Source: Bdellovibrionales bacterium (GTDB lineage: Bacteria > Bdellovibrionota > Bdellovibrionia > Bdellovibrionales > UBA1609). From it: a stretch of 64,000 bases of DNA. Location of the stretch: the NCBI GenBank assembly GCA_965199825.1, contig OZ241329.1:480001-544000 (forward strand). Reading direction: 5' to 3'. Positions within the stretch are counted from its first letter, which is position 1. The number at the start of each line of letters is the position of its first letter. Position numbers and translations under genes: made by a program. The notes under the pieces are model-generated. The model was not told the DNA's origin, ran no database searches, and was given only the letters and a program-made list of their open reading frames with translations. Shown one piece after another: positions 9,649 to 19,485 of this stretch.

Positions 9649-10653
9649 ATGATCACTTTAATTTTTAATGTCTTACTTTTTGCCAACCCTGTTTTTGCTT
9701 CAGCGATGAATTCTTCGATCGTTGGTTTGCATGATGTATTGAATGCCTCTTTTCAAAAAGGAAATTTTGTTGCTCGTGGTTGCGGTACATCACAAGCAAA
9801 TATCAGTATGCAGCAGTGTGAAAAACTTAAGGTGGACGTCACACTCCACACTAAAGGGCGATGCGATATTCGTCGTGCAACCCCACTCGAGAAAGATCTT
9901 TATTCGGGAGTTGTTGCTATCAATGGACCAAAAGTCGTGGGTACAGGACAGCTTGTTTATAACGATGATCTAGGTGTTCCTGAGGATGGATCTCGTTTTG
10001 TGATTACCGCACTGCACGTCATGGGAGATAACAGCCCTAATAAAACTTTGCCTGCAGTAAACCCGATCAGTGGAAAGATTAATCCAAATCTGGCCAAAGT
10101 ACATGTTCGCGGCTGTCCCAAAGATCAAAAGGTTTTGGCAGTGTGTACACCACCGGCTGGTAAAGACCTCAAAGATACAAATAATGATTATCTGATTTTA
10201 GTTTTGGAAAAATCTGATTGTCAAAAAAACGCAAAGCCAGTCCTCCTTAAAAATATTGAAAAAGCTGAAGCTCAAAATTGTACAAATGCTCATGTAGCAC
10301 AAGTTTTAAGCCCTGGATTGGAGTGTGGCACCGTTGAAGACCGAAATAATTTAACCCAATACGATGCAGCTCACGGTCCTATTGCAGAAAGAGACCTGTA
10401 CTTCGGCGATAGTGGAGTTTTTCATGTCAATCAAGGAAACGATCAATTCTTTTATAAGGCTGATACTGCGCCAGGCGGAAGCGGTGGTGGAATTTTCTGT
10501 GATAACGGAAATTATCGAGGCTCGATGCTTGGAATCCACAGAGGTGACGGATCTCTTGGTACTAATCAAGGCCTATTAATAAATAATGATATCACAGGGA
10601 CTTTAAAGAAATGCGCAGAGCAAACCCGTCAGAATTTAAGTGCTCAAAATTAA
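9649..10653 (+). CDS. Secreted trypsin-like serine protease, copy 6
   Basis: MITLIFNVLLFANPVFASA signal; VITALH, NDYLI, PGGSGGG, LGIH. Start placed by alignment with paralogs. Confidence 0.82.
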   Translation: MITLIFNVLLFANPVFASAMNSSIVGLHDVLNASFQKGNFVARGCGTSQANISMQQCEKLKVDVTLHTKGRCDIRRATPLEKDLYSGVVAINGPKVVGTGQLVYNDDLGVPEDGSRFVITALHVMGDNSPNKTLPAVNPISGKINPNLAKVHVRGCPKDQKVLAVCTPPAGKDLKDTNNDYLILVLEKSDCQKNAKPVLLKNIEKAEAQNCTNAHVAQVLSPGLECGTVEDRNNLTQYDAAHGPIAERDLYFGDSGVFHVNQGNDQFFYKADTAPGGSGGGIFCDNGNYRGSMLGIHRGDGSLGTNQGLLINNDITGTLKKCAEQTRQNLSAQN

Positions 10654-10715
10654 AATCTCGTTTTGATACATCGACCGCGAAAAACTAATTTCAATTCTTT
10701 AGTCCAAAAGCTCAC

Positions 10716-10743
10716 TCAAGTTTTTATCAATATAAGCCGATCA
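10716..10743 (+). promoter_or_regulatory. Putative sigma28 (FliA) promoter
   Basis: TCAAG-N15-GCCGATCA, about 30 nt upstream of the TTG start of the 669-aa gene. Confidence 0.6.
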
Positions 10744-10772
10744 AATATTAATAAATAATTGAGGGAGATCAG

Positions 10773-12782
10773 TTGCAATCTTTCAAAGCATCATTGGCCT
10801 TTTTTTGTCTCTTTGCTGTTTTAGGCATAAATAAAGCAGAATCACTCCAAAATTGTGCTCTTGGCGATTGCCAACAAATACCATATTCCGCAATGCCACT
10901 GAACTCAGGGGATTCGATCATTATGCCCCCCAATACTTTCGATCCAGTCTCAGAAGCTACTCCACCTGCTACAGTAGATATGCAAAGTAATCCTAATAAA
11001 CCAGAGAGTAGCACAAGTGTAGATACATCAACGCACCCTTCTCGACCTGGTACAGTTACGCAATCTCGTCGAGCGCCCATTCGACAGAATAATAATCCCA
11101 CATCCGGCTCCGACGACAGCTCAAGCGCCTTCGGCAAAGCCGGTGGAAACGCAGAATTCGACGCCTCCTACCTTCCATCATCACCAACGCAACCCCAACC
11201 TGCCAAATCACCAGCAACAACAGCAGCCACGCCAGCTGCGCCAAGTGAACTCGTCAACCAAGCACAAACCGCATTAAGTAATTGTCGCAAACAAGCAGCA
11301 ACCGCTCGTACTTGCTGCACCAATCCGATCGCCTGCATGACAGGCTCAAGCGATGCTCAAGGCGCTTATCAAATGGTAAGCCAACTTGCAGCAGCCGGTG
11401 GAACACTCATGCTCGGTGCAAGTGGTGGAGATCCTGCACAACTCCAACAAATTTGTAATGTGATGCAAGATCTCAGTTACGGAAGCGCTGGAGCGAATGC
11501 CACTTTTGCAGGCGTTTGTTATTCCGAAAAAAGTTCGTGTCAGGATAAATGTGATCTGAGCCAGTACAAAAATCAAATAGATGGCCTCACCCCAGATGAT
11601 AAAGCCAAACTCACAACAGCGATGAGCGATGCCTCAACGACTGCAGGCACTTGCCAACAACTCAACGAACAAGTCGCCCAAATGTCGAAGCAAGCAATGC
11701 AAGGTGCAGTGGGCGGAAGCCTTTCAAGTCTTTGCGCTAACATTTCAAAAGCAAGTACAGGATACTCAAACCTTGATAAACAATCGGTGTTTAACGTAGA
11801 TTGTAGTTTACCAAGCAATCAAGCAAATCCTGCCTGCCTCAACTGTGGTCAGGCGCAAAATGCCAATAACCCTATTTGTAAAACTCAAACTGTGAGCAAC
11901 GGTCAAAGCTTAGGCGACGGATCCCTGTCATCACTCTCTTCAAAAGCCAACTTTGGTGCGGGCCTCGGAGCTGCAAACGTCAACGCCAACGCCGGACTTG
12001 ATGGCAACGGCACAGCCAAAAATATTCAAGGTGGTGCAGCGACTCCGACCACCAACCCAGGTGTGGCCGCAAACTCAGGTCAATTTTTGGGTGGCGCATC
12101 AGCCGGATCGAACTTTGGACTGCCTGATCGCGGTGGACAAGGTCGCGGTCAAGGTTACAACACCGATGTTCTTAACGGAACAAGTGGTGGTGGCGGATAC
12201 ACCGTGAGCAGCGTGCCTGTAAACGGAAGCCCTGGTGGTGGCGGCAATTACATGAGCACCGACAAAGACGGAAAGCCCGTAGACTTAAGAGATTATCTAC
12301 CAGGCCACAGACTCGATCCAAAACGTGCGGTGGCTTCTGTTTCCAATCTCAAACATCCCGAGCTTGGCAGCAAAGAAGAAAATATTTTTGAACGCATTCA
12401 CAAAGTGTATATGCGCAAATGGTATAACGGTGAATTCGTGATGGTGAACGAAAAGCCCGGTGATGGGCCTTCGCCTGAACTTTTAGAAGTGATGATGAAG
12501 CGGCCGTTGCTTCCAATCGAAATCAAAACCGGAAAAGTGTTTAAGGGAAAACTTCCTCCTGAATTAGAAAAATACATGCACAATGATCCGAAACCATCAG
12601 CCCAAATGGTACCTTCGTCCACACCACCCGTTCAGTACGCACAAACCCAAATGCAGATGCGGCAGCCCGCACAAGCAGCGATGTGTCTTCAGAATCAAAG
12701 GGTTTGCAATGCGAGTTCAAAATGCTGTGGGCATTGTCAGATCAATAAAGGTCGAAGCGACGGGATTTGCTTAAACAACTAA
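10773..12782 (+). CDS. Secreted Cys-rich/Gly-rich hypothetical protein with a C-terminal six-Cys module
   Basis: Signal peptide, GAGGGAG RBS, Pro/Ser/Thr linker, Cys-paired helical region, Gly/Asn-rich region, terminal C-x6-C-x5-CC-x2-C-x10-C. Confidence 0.8.
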   Translation: MQSFKASLAFFCLFAVLGINKAESLQNCALGDCQQIPYSAMPLNSGDSIIMPPNTFDPVSEATPPATVDMQSNPNKPESSTSVDTSTHPSRPGTVTQSRRAPIRQNNNPTSGSDDSSSAFGKAGGNAEFDASYLPSSPTQPQPAKSPATTAATPAAPSELVNQAQTALSNCRKQAATARTCCTNPIACMTGSSDAQGAYQMVSQLAAAGGTLMLGASGGDPAQLQQICNVMQDLSYGSAGANATFAGVCYSEKSSCQDKCDLSQYKNQIDGLTPDDKAKLTTAMSDASTTAGTCQQLNEQVAQMSKQAMQGAVGGSLSSLCANISKASTGYSNLDKQSVFNVDCSLPSNQANPACLNCGQAQNANNPICKTQTVSNGQSLGDGSLSSLSSKANFGAGLGAANVNANAGLDGNGTAKNIQGGAATPTTNPGVAANSGQFLGGASAGSNFGLPDRGGQGRGQGYNTDVLNGTSGGGGYTVSSVPVNGSPGGGGNYMSTDKDGKPVDLRDYLPGHRLDPKRAVASVSNLKHPELGSKEENIFERIHKVYMRKWYNGEFVMVNEKPGDGPSPELLEVMMKRPLLPIEIKTGKVFKGKLPPELEKYMHNDPKPSAQMVPSSTPPVQYAQTQMQMRQPAQAAMCLQNQRVCNASSKCCGHCQINKGRSDGICLNN

Positions 12783-12785
12783 AAC

Positions 12786-14528
12786 TTAATGAGTGTCGGT
12801 CGCCCACCACTCGGCGATCGGATCGATCCAACCTTTTAGAGTTTTGTTGACCCAGGCAAAACGATTCCAATACGCCACCCGATTAAAATCGGAAGTGTCG
12901 GTTCCAAGAAAATAATAATTCCACATCAACACCCGATCAAGCGCGTGAGCAATCACCACTTGCTCGTCGCGGTTTTTGGCCGCAACCATTTTTTCGACTA
13001 AGGTATCAACCGCTTTGTCTTTGATTCCACCATAGTTGTCGGACCCCAAACTGTCGGCAGAATCGGAATGCAATGAATTGATCAAACGATTTCCTGGAGA
13101 ATCCGAGCCGGGCATATACTCCCAAATCGCATCGTAATCAAAATTTTTGGTCACCGCCACGTACTGAGCCTTATCAACAGTGCGCACCGACATTTCTATT
13201 CCCATCTTTGCAAGAGTTTGGCGATAGGATAAAGCAATCCGCTCTTTTTCTGGTTCGTCTAACAAAAGCTCAAACCGAAAAGGAACCTTCGTTCGCGCAT
13301 CTCGCAATATCGATCCATTTTTCGTGTACTCGTAGCCCGAATTTAAAAGTTGATTGAGAGCCGCACTTTTGTGAAAGCGACTGCTCACATGCTCTTTGTA
13401 ATTAAAAGGTGATTGAAATACTTCGGCAGGAATCAGATCTCGGAGTGGATTTAAAATCTCGAGTTCTTTTTGTGAGGGCATCTCGGTCGCCATCAAATCT
13501 TTTGAGCCATTAAAAAAACTGACCGGGCGCTTATAAGAATCGTAATTAAATAAATGATTGTAGGTTTCGAAATCAAAGAGTTCGGTCAAGGCTTTGCGCA
13601 CGTTGCGATTTTGAAATTGGGGTTTTCGTAAATTAAAAACAATTGCGTTAGGATATTGCGAACCTTCCCATGGAACTTGGGCGTGTAAGACTTTACCTTC
13701 TTTGGCCGCCGGAAAATTAAAATCATAGGTCCAAGATTTAGGGTTCACATCAAACATAAAATCAAAAACTCCACCGCGAAAGGCCTCAAAAAACACAACG
13801 CTATCGCGAAAATATTCGAAGATAATTTTTTTGAAATGATAAAGCCCTTTTTGTGATGGCAAATCTTTGGCCCAATAGTTGTCCACTTTTTCTAATGTGA
13901 TGTTGCGGCCATATTCGTATTTGGTAATTTTGTAGGGACCACTGCCTTTAAAAGGAATTTTTGAAACCAGTGGAAGTGTGGCCACATCGAGTGGGAGATC
14001 GCGATTGAGTCCATTTTTAAAATAAAAAATCACCCGATGTGGATCAAGAACTTCAACTCGGTCGACTCCTGAGTACTGCATCCGAAAATTAATTTGGCTA
14101 TCGATGTCCATCAAATATTCAAAGGAGTCGGCCACGTCTTGAGCGGTAATGGGTGTGCCATCATTCCAATGGGCCTGTGAACGAAGGTTGATGATCAACC
14201 AGGTTTTGTCGTCGGCGAGTTCAAAATCTTGAGCTACTAAGGGATAAGCCGCAAAGTAATCGTCAGAGGGGCGATAGCTCAAACGGTTCAAGGTATATTG
14301 TAAAACACGATTGGGAACTGTTCCCCGCCGTGAAAAAGGTTTAAGGGTATCGAAGCTTCCGATCTGTCCCCAGGTGATGCTGCCGTGATCGACAACAGAC
14401 TCATCGGCAAACTCGAACTGTTTAAAATCTTTGGTGTATTTGGGGCTTCCGTTTGAGGAAAACGAATAAACTTTGTGACTTGGACTAAGAGCAAAACCAA
14501 ACTGAATCAAAAGGGCAATATATAGCAT
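12786..14528 (-). CDS. Peptide ABC transporter substrate-binding protein (family 5, YejA-like)
   Basis: PKYTKDFKQFEFA, GSFDTLKPF, GSGPYKI, FNLRKPQF, ALDRVLMWNYY motifs. Confidence 0.88.
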   Translation of the reverse strand: MLYIALLIQFGFALSPSHKVYSFSSNGSPKYTKDFKQFEFADESVVDHGSITWGQIGSFDTLKPFSRRGTVPNRVLQYTLNRLSYRPSDDYFAAYPLVAQDFELADDKTWLIINLRSQAHWNDGTPITAQDVADSFEYLMDIDSQINFRMQYSGVDRVEVLDPHRVIFYFKNGLNRDLPLDVATLPLVSKIPFKGSGPYKITKYEYGRNITLEKVDNYWAKDLPSQKGLYHFKKIIFEYFRDSVVFFEAFRGGVFDFMFDVNPKSWTYDFNFPAAKEGKVLHAQVPWEGSQYPNAIVFNLRKPQFQNRNVRKALTELFDFETYNHLFNYDSYKRPVSFFNGSKDLMATEMPSQKELEILNPLRDLIPAEVFQSPFNYKEHVSSRFHKSAALNQLLNSGYEYTKNGSILRDARTKVPFRFELLLDEPEKERIALSYRQTLAKMGIEMSVRTVDKAQYVAVTKNFDYDAIWEYMPGSDSPGNRLINSLHSDSADSLGSDNYGGIKDKAVDTLVEKMVAAKNRDEQVVIAHALDRVLMWNYYFLGTDTSDFNRVAYWNRFAWVNKTLKGWIDPIAEWWATDTH

Positions 14529-14539
14529 GTGTTTGGGAC

Positions 14540-14555
14540 TGCAACATCACTGCCC
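14540..14555 (-). promoter_or_regulatory. Putative sigma54 promoter for the substrate-binding protein gene
   Basis: Minus strand GGGCAGTGATGTTGCA, GG-N10-GC; ATG about 12 nt downstream. Confidence 0.45.
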
Positions 14556-14568
14556 TCTTGTTTAAGGT

Positions 14569-15165
14569 TTACATATTTCGATACAGGGGAAGTTTGTGAA
14601 AGGTCATCTTAGGAAATGTTACTCCTGCACCAATACCAATACCTGCACCAACTGTATAAAGATATCCTGGGCGATTCACACCTGACATCAAGCCGACACT
14701 CATCACATCGACATCGACGCTCACACCGCGATTAAAAACCCGGCCCGCATATTCAGAATTTTCGATTTCTTCAAGATGGGGCATTAGGGTAAAAAATAAC
14801 ACATGCCATTTGTATCCCAAGTAGCCTGCGATCCCGGGATTATCATAGGTCACCGAGTAGATGGGAGTGTTGATATCGATCCATCGTCCGATTTCTTTGT
14901 CGTAAACAGTCATCGATCGCACGCGCCACTCAGCGTGATTTCCGATCAACCCAACATCAAAACCTCGTAAAAACATCATGCCTTTAACTTCGGGTAAAAC
15001 CCCACCGTTTGCGGTCGCAAGCGCTGAGACGACTTGCTCGGCATCTTTTCGACTCACAACATTGTGATCCATAATGCTTCGGACTAAATCTTCTTCGCCA
15101 ATGATTCGGGTTGATGCATTTGCACCCGCAACCACCATAAATAAACTCAATATCAATAATTTCAT
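14569..15165 (-). CDS. Secreted hypothetical protein
   Basis: 198-aa ORF with signal peptide and AGGAG RBS; no recognised domain. Confidence 0.7.
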   Translation of the reverse strand: MKLLILSLFMVVAGANASTRIIGEEDLVRSIMDHNVVSRKDAEQVVSALATANGGVLPEVKGMMFLRGFDVGLIGNHAEWRVRSMTVYDKEIGRWIDINTPIYSVTYDNPGIAGYLGYKWHVLFFTLMPHLEEIENSEYAGRVFNRGVSVDVDVMSVGLMSGVNRPGYLYTVGAGIGIGAGVTFPKMTFHKLPLYRNM

Positions 15166-15238
15166 AAAAGTCTCCTATGACTGCTTCATACTGGGAGAGC
15201 TTTTAAGAAACATCAAAATTGTTTTTAGAGAGAAGAAA

Positions 15239-16126
15239 TTACTCTTGCTGACTGCGAGGTTTCGGTGGGAGGACGCGCTTGCCTTCGGTCACCTGCTTAA
15301 CGAAACTTTGATACACATCTTCGTCATCTTTTTTTGATCCAAAAACTTCGGACAAAGGACGTTGTTTTGTGCCATCAGATTTAGCCTGTTTTTGTTTAAT
15401 TCGAAAGCGTACAAGTCCTTGCAGTGGACGACCTTCGCCATCGCGCGCAGGCTTTTCAACATTGGTGCGACCAAACACATCCACAGTTTCGTGTTCAAGA
15501 GTAGCTTGAACCCGTTTGGTGATCAAATCAAGTCTTGCTTGGGTCACATGCTGTGCAGGAGTTCCTGTACCATAGTACACGGAATCAATATAAACGATCG
15601 AGTCCTCAAGCCCTGCGGTAAGTCCTTTGACTCGTTCCATAACGCTCGTAAATGTGGACGATGGTTCTGCTGTATCGCCACGAAATAAATATTTTTCTGG
15701 CAACTCAAAAACGATAGCGTCGGGATTGACTTCAACATTGTTGGCAAAATCACCCATGTCGTCGGCAACCATGGCCATCACGATATTTTTTGAACCGAGG
15801 GCCATCACATTTGGAGTGTAGTCCATGGGTTTCATAAAATCTTCGAGGACCTTTAACGGCTCGTTCATCAGATCAAGAAATAATTTTTCAAGCGTCAGCT
15901 CAACTCCGTAGGCCGAAAAATTATATTCGATCACACTTGGAGTTGAAAAATAATCGGCCACGTTTTTTTTGGCTTCAGAACTTTGAGCCAACAGCCACAT
16001 CACAAGGAAAAACGCCATCATCGCCGTCATAAAATCGGCAAAAGCCACTTTCCAAGAACCACCATGCGCGCCTGCTGCGGCGACGGTGATTTTTTTAATT
16101 ACGATGATCGGTCTTTTTTCTGCCAC
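15239..16126 (-). CDS. motB: Flagellar stator protein MotB
   Basis: HGGSWKVAFADFMTAMMAFFLVMWL; directly downstream of motA. Confidence 0.93.
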   Translation of the reverse strand: MAEKRPIIVIKKITVAAAGAHGGSWKVAFADFMTAMMAFFLVMWLLAQSSEAKKNVADYFSTPSVIEYNFSAYGVELTLEKLFLDLMNEPLKVLEDFMKPMDYTPNVMALGSKNIVMAMVADDMGDFANNVEVNPDAIVFELPEKYLFRGDTAEPSSTFTSVMERVKGLTAGLEDSIVYIDSVYYGTGTPAQHVTQARLDLITKRVQATLEHETVDVFGRTNVEKPARDGEGRPLQGLVRFRIKQKQAKSDGTKQRPLSEVFGSKKDDEDVYQSFVKQVTEGKRVLPPKPRSQQE

Positions 16127-16129
16127 GAT

Positions 16130-16990
16130 TTATGCTGCCCGTTTAGGTTCTTTAGAAGCTGTATCCATCTCTTCGAAAGTTGGTCTTTCATGTGGAAAAA
16201 TACTGCGTCTTGCGAACTCGATACATACCAGCGGTGGTGCTCCTCTTTGAAGTGCAACCATTGCGGCTTTGATAACCATTAAAAATCGACCTTCTGTGCC
16301 GATGTCATTTCCCATTTTTGAAGCGATAGGAGCAATAAATCCGTAACACATCAAAACCCCTAAGAAAGTTCCAACAAGTGCGGCCGCGACCATGTGTCCG
16401 ATTTTTTCAACCCCGGCATCGAGGTAATCCATCGTATGCACAATCCCCAAAACCGCTGCAACGATCCCGAGTCCTGGTAGAGCATCACCCACTTGAGAGA
16501 TGGCGTGTTGAGCCGCATGCTCTTCTTCATGGGCAACCTTGATATCTTGATCTAGCAAATCATCCACATCGTATTGTGATAAGTCTGCAGACAAAGTGAT
16601 CTTCATGGTGTCACACAAAAAATCAACCGCGTGATGGTTTGCCAAAAATGCAGGATAAGCTTTAAAGATTTCAGAGGATTCAGGCTCTTCGATATGTTTT
16701 TCAACTGCTTGAGGGCCGTCTTTACGGAACAATTGAAACAACTGAAACATCATTTGCAAAAGTTCGAGATACTCAGTTTTGCCAGGGCCTTTTTTTGTTA
16801 GAGCTTTGATCGCCATGCTGACCGCAGCTTTCACTGTGCCCATAGGATTTGCGATCAAAAATCCACCGACTGCTGCTCCACCGATGATCAACAACTCGAA
16901 CGGCTGAATCATAACGTGGATGTGTCCACCCGCCGCTAAAAAGCCTCCGAACACACAACCTAAAACTACAAGTATTCCTACAAAACCCAT
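16130..16990 (-). CDS. motA: Flagellar stator protein MotA
   Basis: QPFELLIIGGAA, DALPGLGIVAAVLG, AAALVGTFLGV, EFARR motifs. Confidence 0.96.
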   Translation of the reverse strand: MGFVGILVVLGCVFGGFLAAGGHIHVMIQPFELLIIGGAAVGGFLIANPMGTVKAAVSMAIKALTKKGPGKTEYLELLQMMFQLFQLFRKDGPQAVEKHIEEPESSEIFKAYPAFLANHHAVDFLCDTMKITLSADLSQYDVDDLLDQDIKVAHEEEHAAQHAISQVGDALPGLGIVAAVLGIVHTMDYLDAGVEKIGHMVAAALVGTFLGVLMCYGFIAPIASKMGNDIGTEGRFLMVIKAAMVALQRGAPPLVCIEFARRSIFPHERPTFEEMDTASKEPKRAA

Positions 16991-17012
16991 ATTGCTTGAC
17001 CTCTTATGTTGT

Positions 17013-17039
17013 GTTTCGGAGATTAATGATTCGTTCTAA
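17013..17039 (-). promoter_or_regulatory. Possible sigma28 promoter of motAB
   Basis: Minus strand TTAG-N15-TCCGAAAC upstream of the AGAGG RBS. Confidence 0.4.
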
Positions 17040-17067
17040 AGCACAACTCGACTTTCAAAGAGGACAA

Positions 17068-17826
17068 ATGGCGAAAATAATTTTGATCCGCGGGATGTCG
17101 ACCTCAGGATCTGACGATCTCGGTTTTGGCCCAGTCCAGCTTGGGCCACTGCTCGCAAAACTTCAGGACTCGCTCCTTGACCATGGGCTTAAGACCTCGA
17201 CCATCGAAGATTTAGGTAACGGCAATTTGCAAAGCCATGTGGATATTGCTCTTAATAAACTTAAAATGTTTAATGAAGACTTGCATCTTGTTGGCTACTC
17301 AATGGGCGGCTTGATTGCGAGACAATGTGCCGAGCACCTAAAAAATGTGGTGGCGGTCACCACCCTTGCGACACCTCACCACGGATCTGTAATGGCCGAT
17401 CTTGCGCTTGAACTGCATGAGATTAAGCCAAAGCTCTATTGGTTTATGAACACGGCGGGCTACACCTTTTCAGATAAACTTATTATATTTAACGATCTTT
17501 CAACCGCAATGATCCAAAAATGGAATGCTGAGCGGCAGTTTCCACCAGGCGTCGACGGAGGATCTTTTCAATTTTCAACTCCATCGCCCAATGCATTTAT
17601 CCGTTTTTTGAATCAACATATCCCCCGAGCGCGAAAACCAGAGGCGACCGATGGTTACGTAGAACTTGAATCGCAAAAATGGATGAAGCCCTTAGGTCAT
17701 TTTAAACTCGATCATCTCTCGGCAATTGGATGGAATTTTCATGTCCGCCCCAACAGGCGTGCCTTTGTGCGCCAAGAGTACAACCGATTTATCGAAAGCC
17801 TTGTGCAAAGATTAAAACATTTTTAG
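17068..17826 (+). CDS. Alpha/beta hydrolase (lipase/esterase-like)
   Basis: GYSMGG nucleophile elbow, TPHHGS, DGYV, LDH; ATG 17068 after GAGGA. Confidence 0.85.
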   Translation: MAKIILIRGMSTSGSDDLGFGPVQLGPLLAKLQDSLLDHGLKTSTIEDLGNGNLQSHVDIALNKLKMFNEDLHLVGYSMGGLIARQCAEHLKNVVAVTTLATPHHGSVMADLALELHEIKPKLYWFMNTAGYTFSDKLIIFNDLSTAMIQKWNAERQFPPGVDGGSFQFSTPSPNAFIRFLNQHIPRARKPEATDGYVELESQKWMKPLGHFKLDHLSAIGWNFHVRPNRRAFVRQEYNRFIESLVQRLKHF

Positions 17827-17835
17827 GGTGACCCA

Positions 17836-19485
17836 ATGATTGCACTTTTATTATTCAATTTTGCTTTTGCCGCACTCAACCAAACCCCTTTGACCGCGAC
17901 CGCAACCTTAACGCCGGCTGTTCTTTCACCCGGTGAAAATGGCACGGTCAAGCTGCAGCTCGAATTGCAAGAGGGCTTTCATGCCTATCTTGATCAGTTT
18001 CACATCGAAACAGGCAATCCCGACTTCACTCGTGTTGGCAAACTGAGCATCCAGCCGATTCATCAGTTCAATGATCCATTTAGTAAACGTGTGCGCGATG
18101 TGTTCGAAGGTAAAAGTGAACTGATCGCACCATTTGAGTTGGCGGGCGATAGCGACAAGCTCTCTTCAACATCAATAAAATTAATTTACCAAGCATGCAC
18201 CAAAGACTATTGTTTATTTCCACAAACACTTTTGGTGCCGATCCATTTTACTGTGCGCCCCGCACCCGTTCAGCAAAGATCAATAAGTTTTTCTGAATCT
18301 CTTAACCGATTTTTTCAAACAGCGTTGACTAACAATCTTGCTCTCGCCTTTTTATTGGTTTTTATTGCAGGAATTTTAACAAGCCTTACACCTTGTATTT
18401 TTCCGATGATCCCGGTGACGCTTGCGGTGATTGGCGGCCGACGCATGAATGTGAGCCGGCGCACCCGATTTTTGATGAGTGTGTTTTATGTATTTGGGAT
18501 CGCAATCACCTACTCACTCTTAGGAGTGGTGGTTGCCTCAACCGGTGCTTTGTTTGGTGAGATGTTAGGAAATCCCATCGTCATCGGATTGATCGCCATG
18601 CTGTTTGTGGCCATGGGAATCTCGATGGCCGGAGTGTTCGAAACAACCCTTCCGCTGTCGCTGCAAAATAAATTGAGCAACATCAAAGGCCCCTCGGGTT
18701 TTGTGGGAGCGCTCGTCTCTGGTCTGCTTGCCGGTGTGATCGCATCACCCTGTGTAGGACCGGTGCTCGTCACAATTTTAACTTATGTGGCCGAAAAGCA
18801 TGACGTGGTTTTAGGATTTTCATTGCTGTTTGTTTTTGCATTGGGCTTGGGACAAATCTTTTTGCTCCTTGGATTTAGCACCCGATTTTTGGAACGCCTC
18901 CCCCGCTCCGGCCCCTGGATGGATTCGGTCAAAAACATTTTTGCGGTTAGCTTTTTTGGATTGGCCGTTTGGTATTTAAGACCTTTGCTCTCCATGCCAA
19001 TTTTGTTTGTTGGGAGCGCGGTTGTTTGTTTGGTGGCGGCTTATCTGTTTCGCCAAGTTGTTGTGCGTGCCGTCTTCGTGGCGCTTGCTGTTTGCGCGGT
19101 CTATTTTGCTTTCCAAAACAAGCCAGCAGTTTCTCGTTTGGCGTGGCAACCCTATTCCGAGGCGCTTTTGGAGCGCTCTCAAAAAGATGGCAAAGCGGTG
19201 TTGATCGATATCAATGCCGATTGGTGTGTGGCTTGTCATGAGCTCGAGCTTTCGACTTTTTCTGATGCTCGAATCGAAGCTGTTTTTGGCACGATGACTT
19301 TACTCAAATTCAACGCGACACAATCTTCTGATGAGTTAGACAAAATTAAAAAGCGATACGACATTCATGGCCTTCCCCATCTTATTTTTTATGATGAGCA
19401 TGGGCAGTATCGTAAAGATTTAACGCTGACTGGGTTTGAAAGCGCTGATTTGTTTTTGGGTCGGCTTGGGAAGCTTAAAGAGTAG
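17836..19485 (+). CDS. dsbD: Thiol:disulfide interchange protein DsbD
   Basis: N-domain CTKDYC, membrane motifs LTPCIFPM and ASPCVGP, C-terminal thioredoxin WCVAC. Confidence 0.93.
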   Translation: MIALLLFNFAFAALNQTPLTATATLTPAVLSPGENGTVKLQLELQEGFHAYLDQFHIETGNPDFTRVGKLSIQPIHQFNDPFSKRVRDVFEGKSELIAPFELAGDSDKLSSTSIKLIYQACTKDYCLFPQTLLVPIHFTVRPAPVQQRSISFSESLNRFFQTALTNNLALAFLLVFIAGILTSLTPCIFPMIPVTLAVIGGRRMNVSRRTRFLMSVFYVFGIAITYSLLGVVVASTGALFGEMLGNPIVIGLIAMLFVAMGISMAGVFETTLPLSLQNKLSNIKGPSGFVGALVSGLLAGVIASPCVGPVLVTILTYVAEKHDVVLGFSLLFVFALGLGQIFLLLGFSTRFLERLPRSGPWMDSVKNIFAVSFFGLAVWYLRPLLSMPILFVGSAVVCLVAAYLFRQVVVRAVFVALAVCAVYFAFQNKPAVSRLAWQPYSEALLERSQKDGKAVLIDINADWCVACHELELSTFSDARIEAVFGTMTLLKFNATQSSDELDKIKKRYDIHGLPHLIFYDEHGQYRKDLTLTGFESADLFLGRLGKLKE

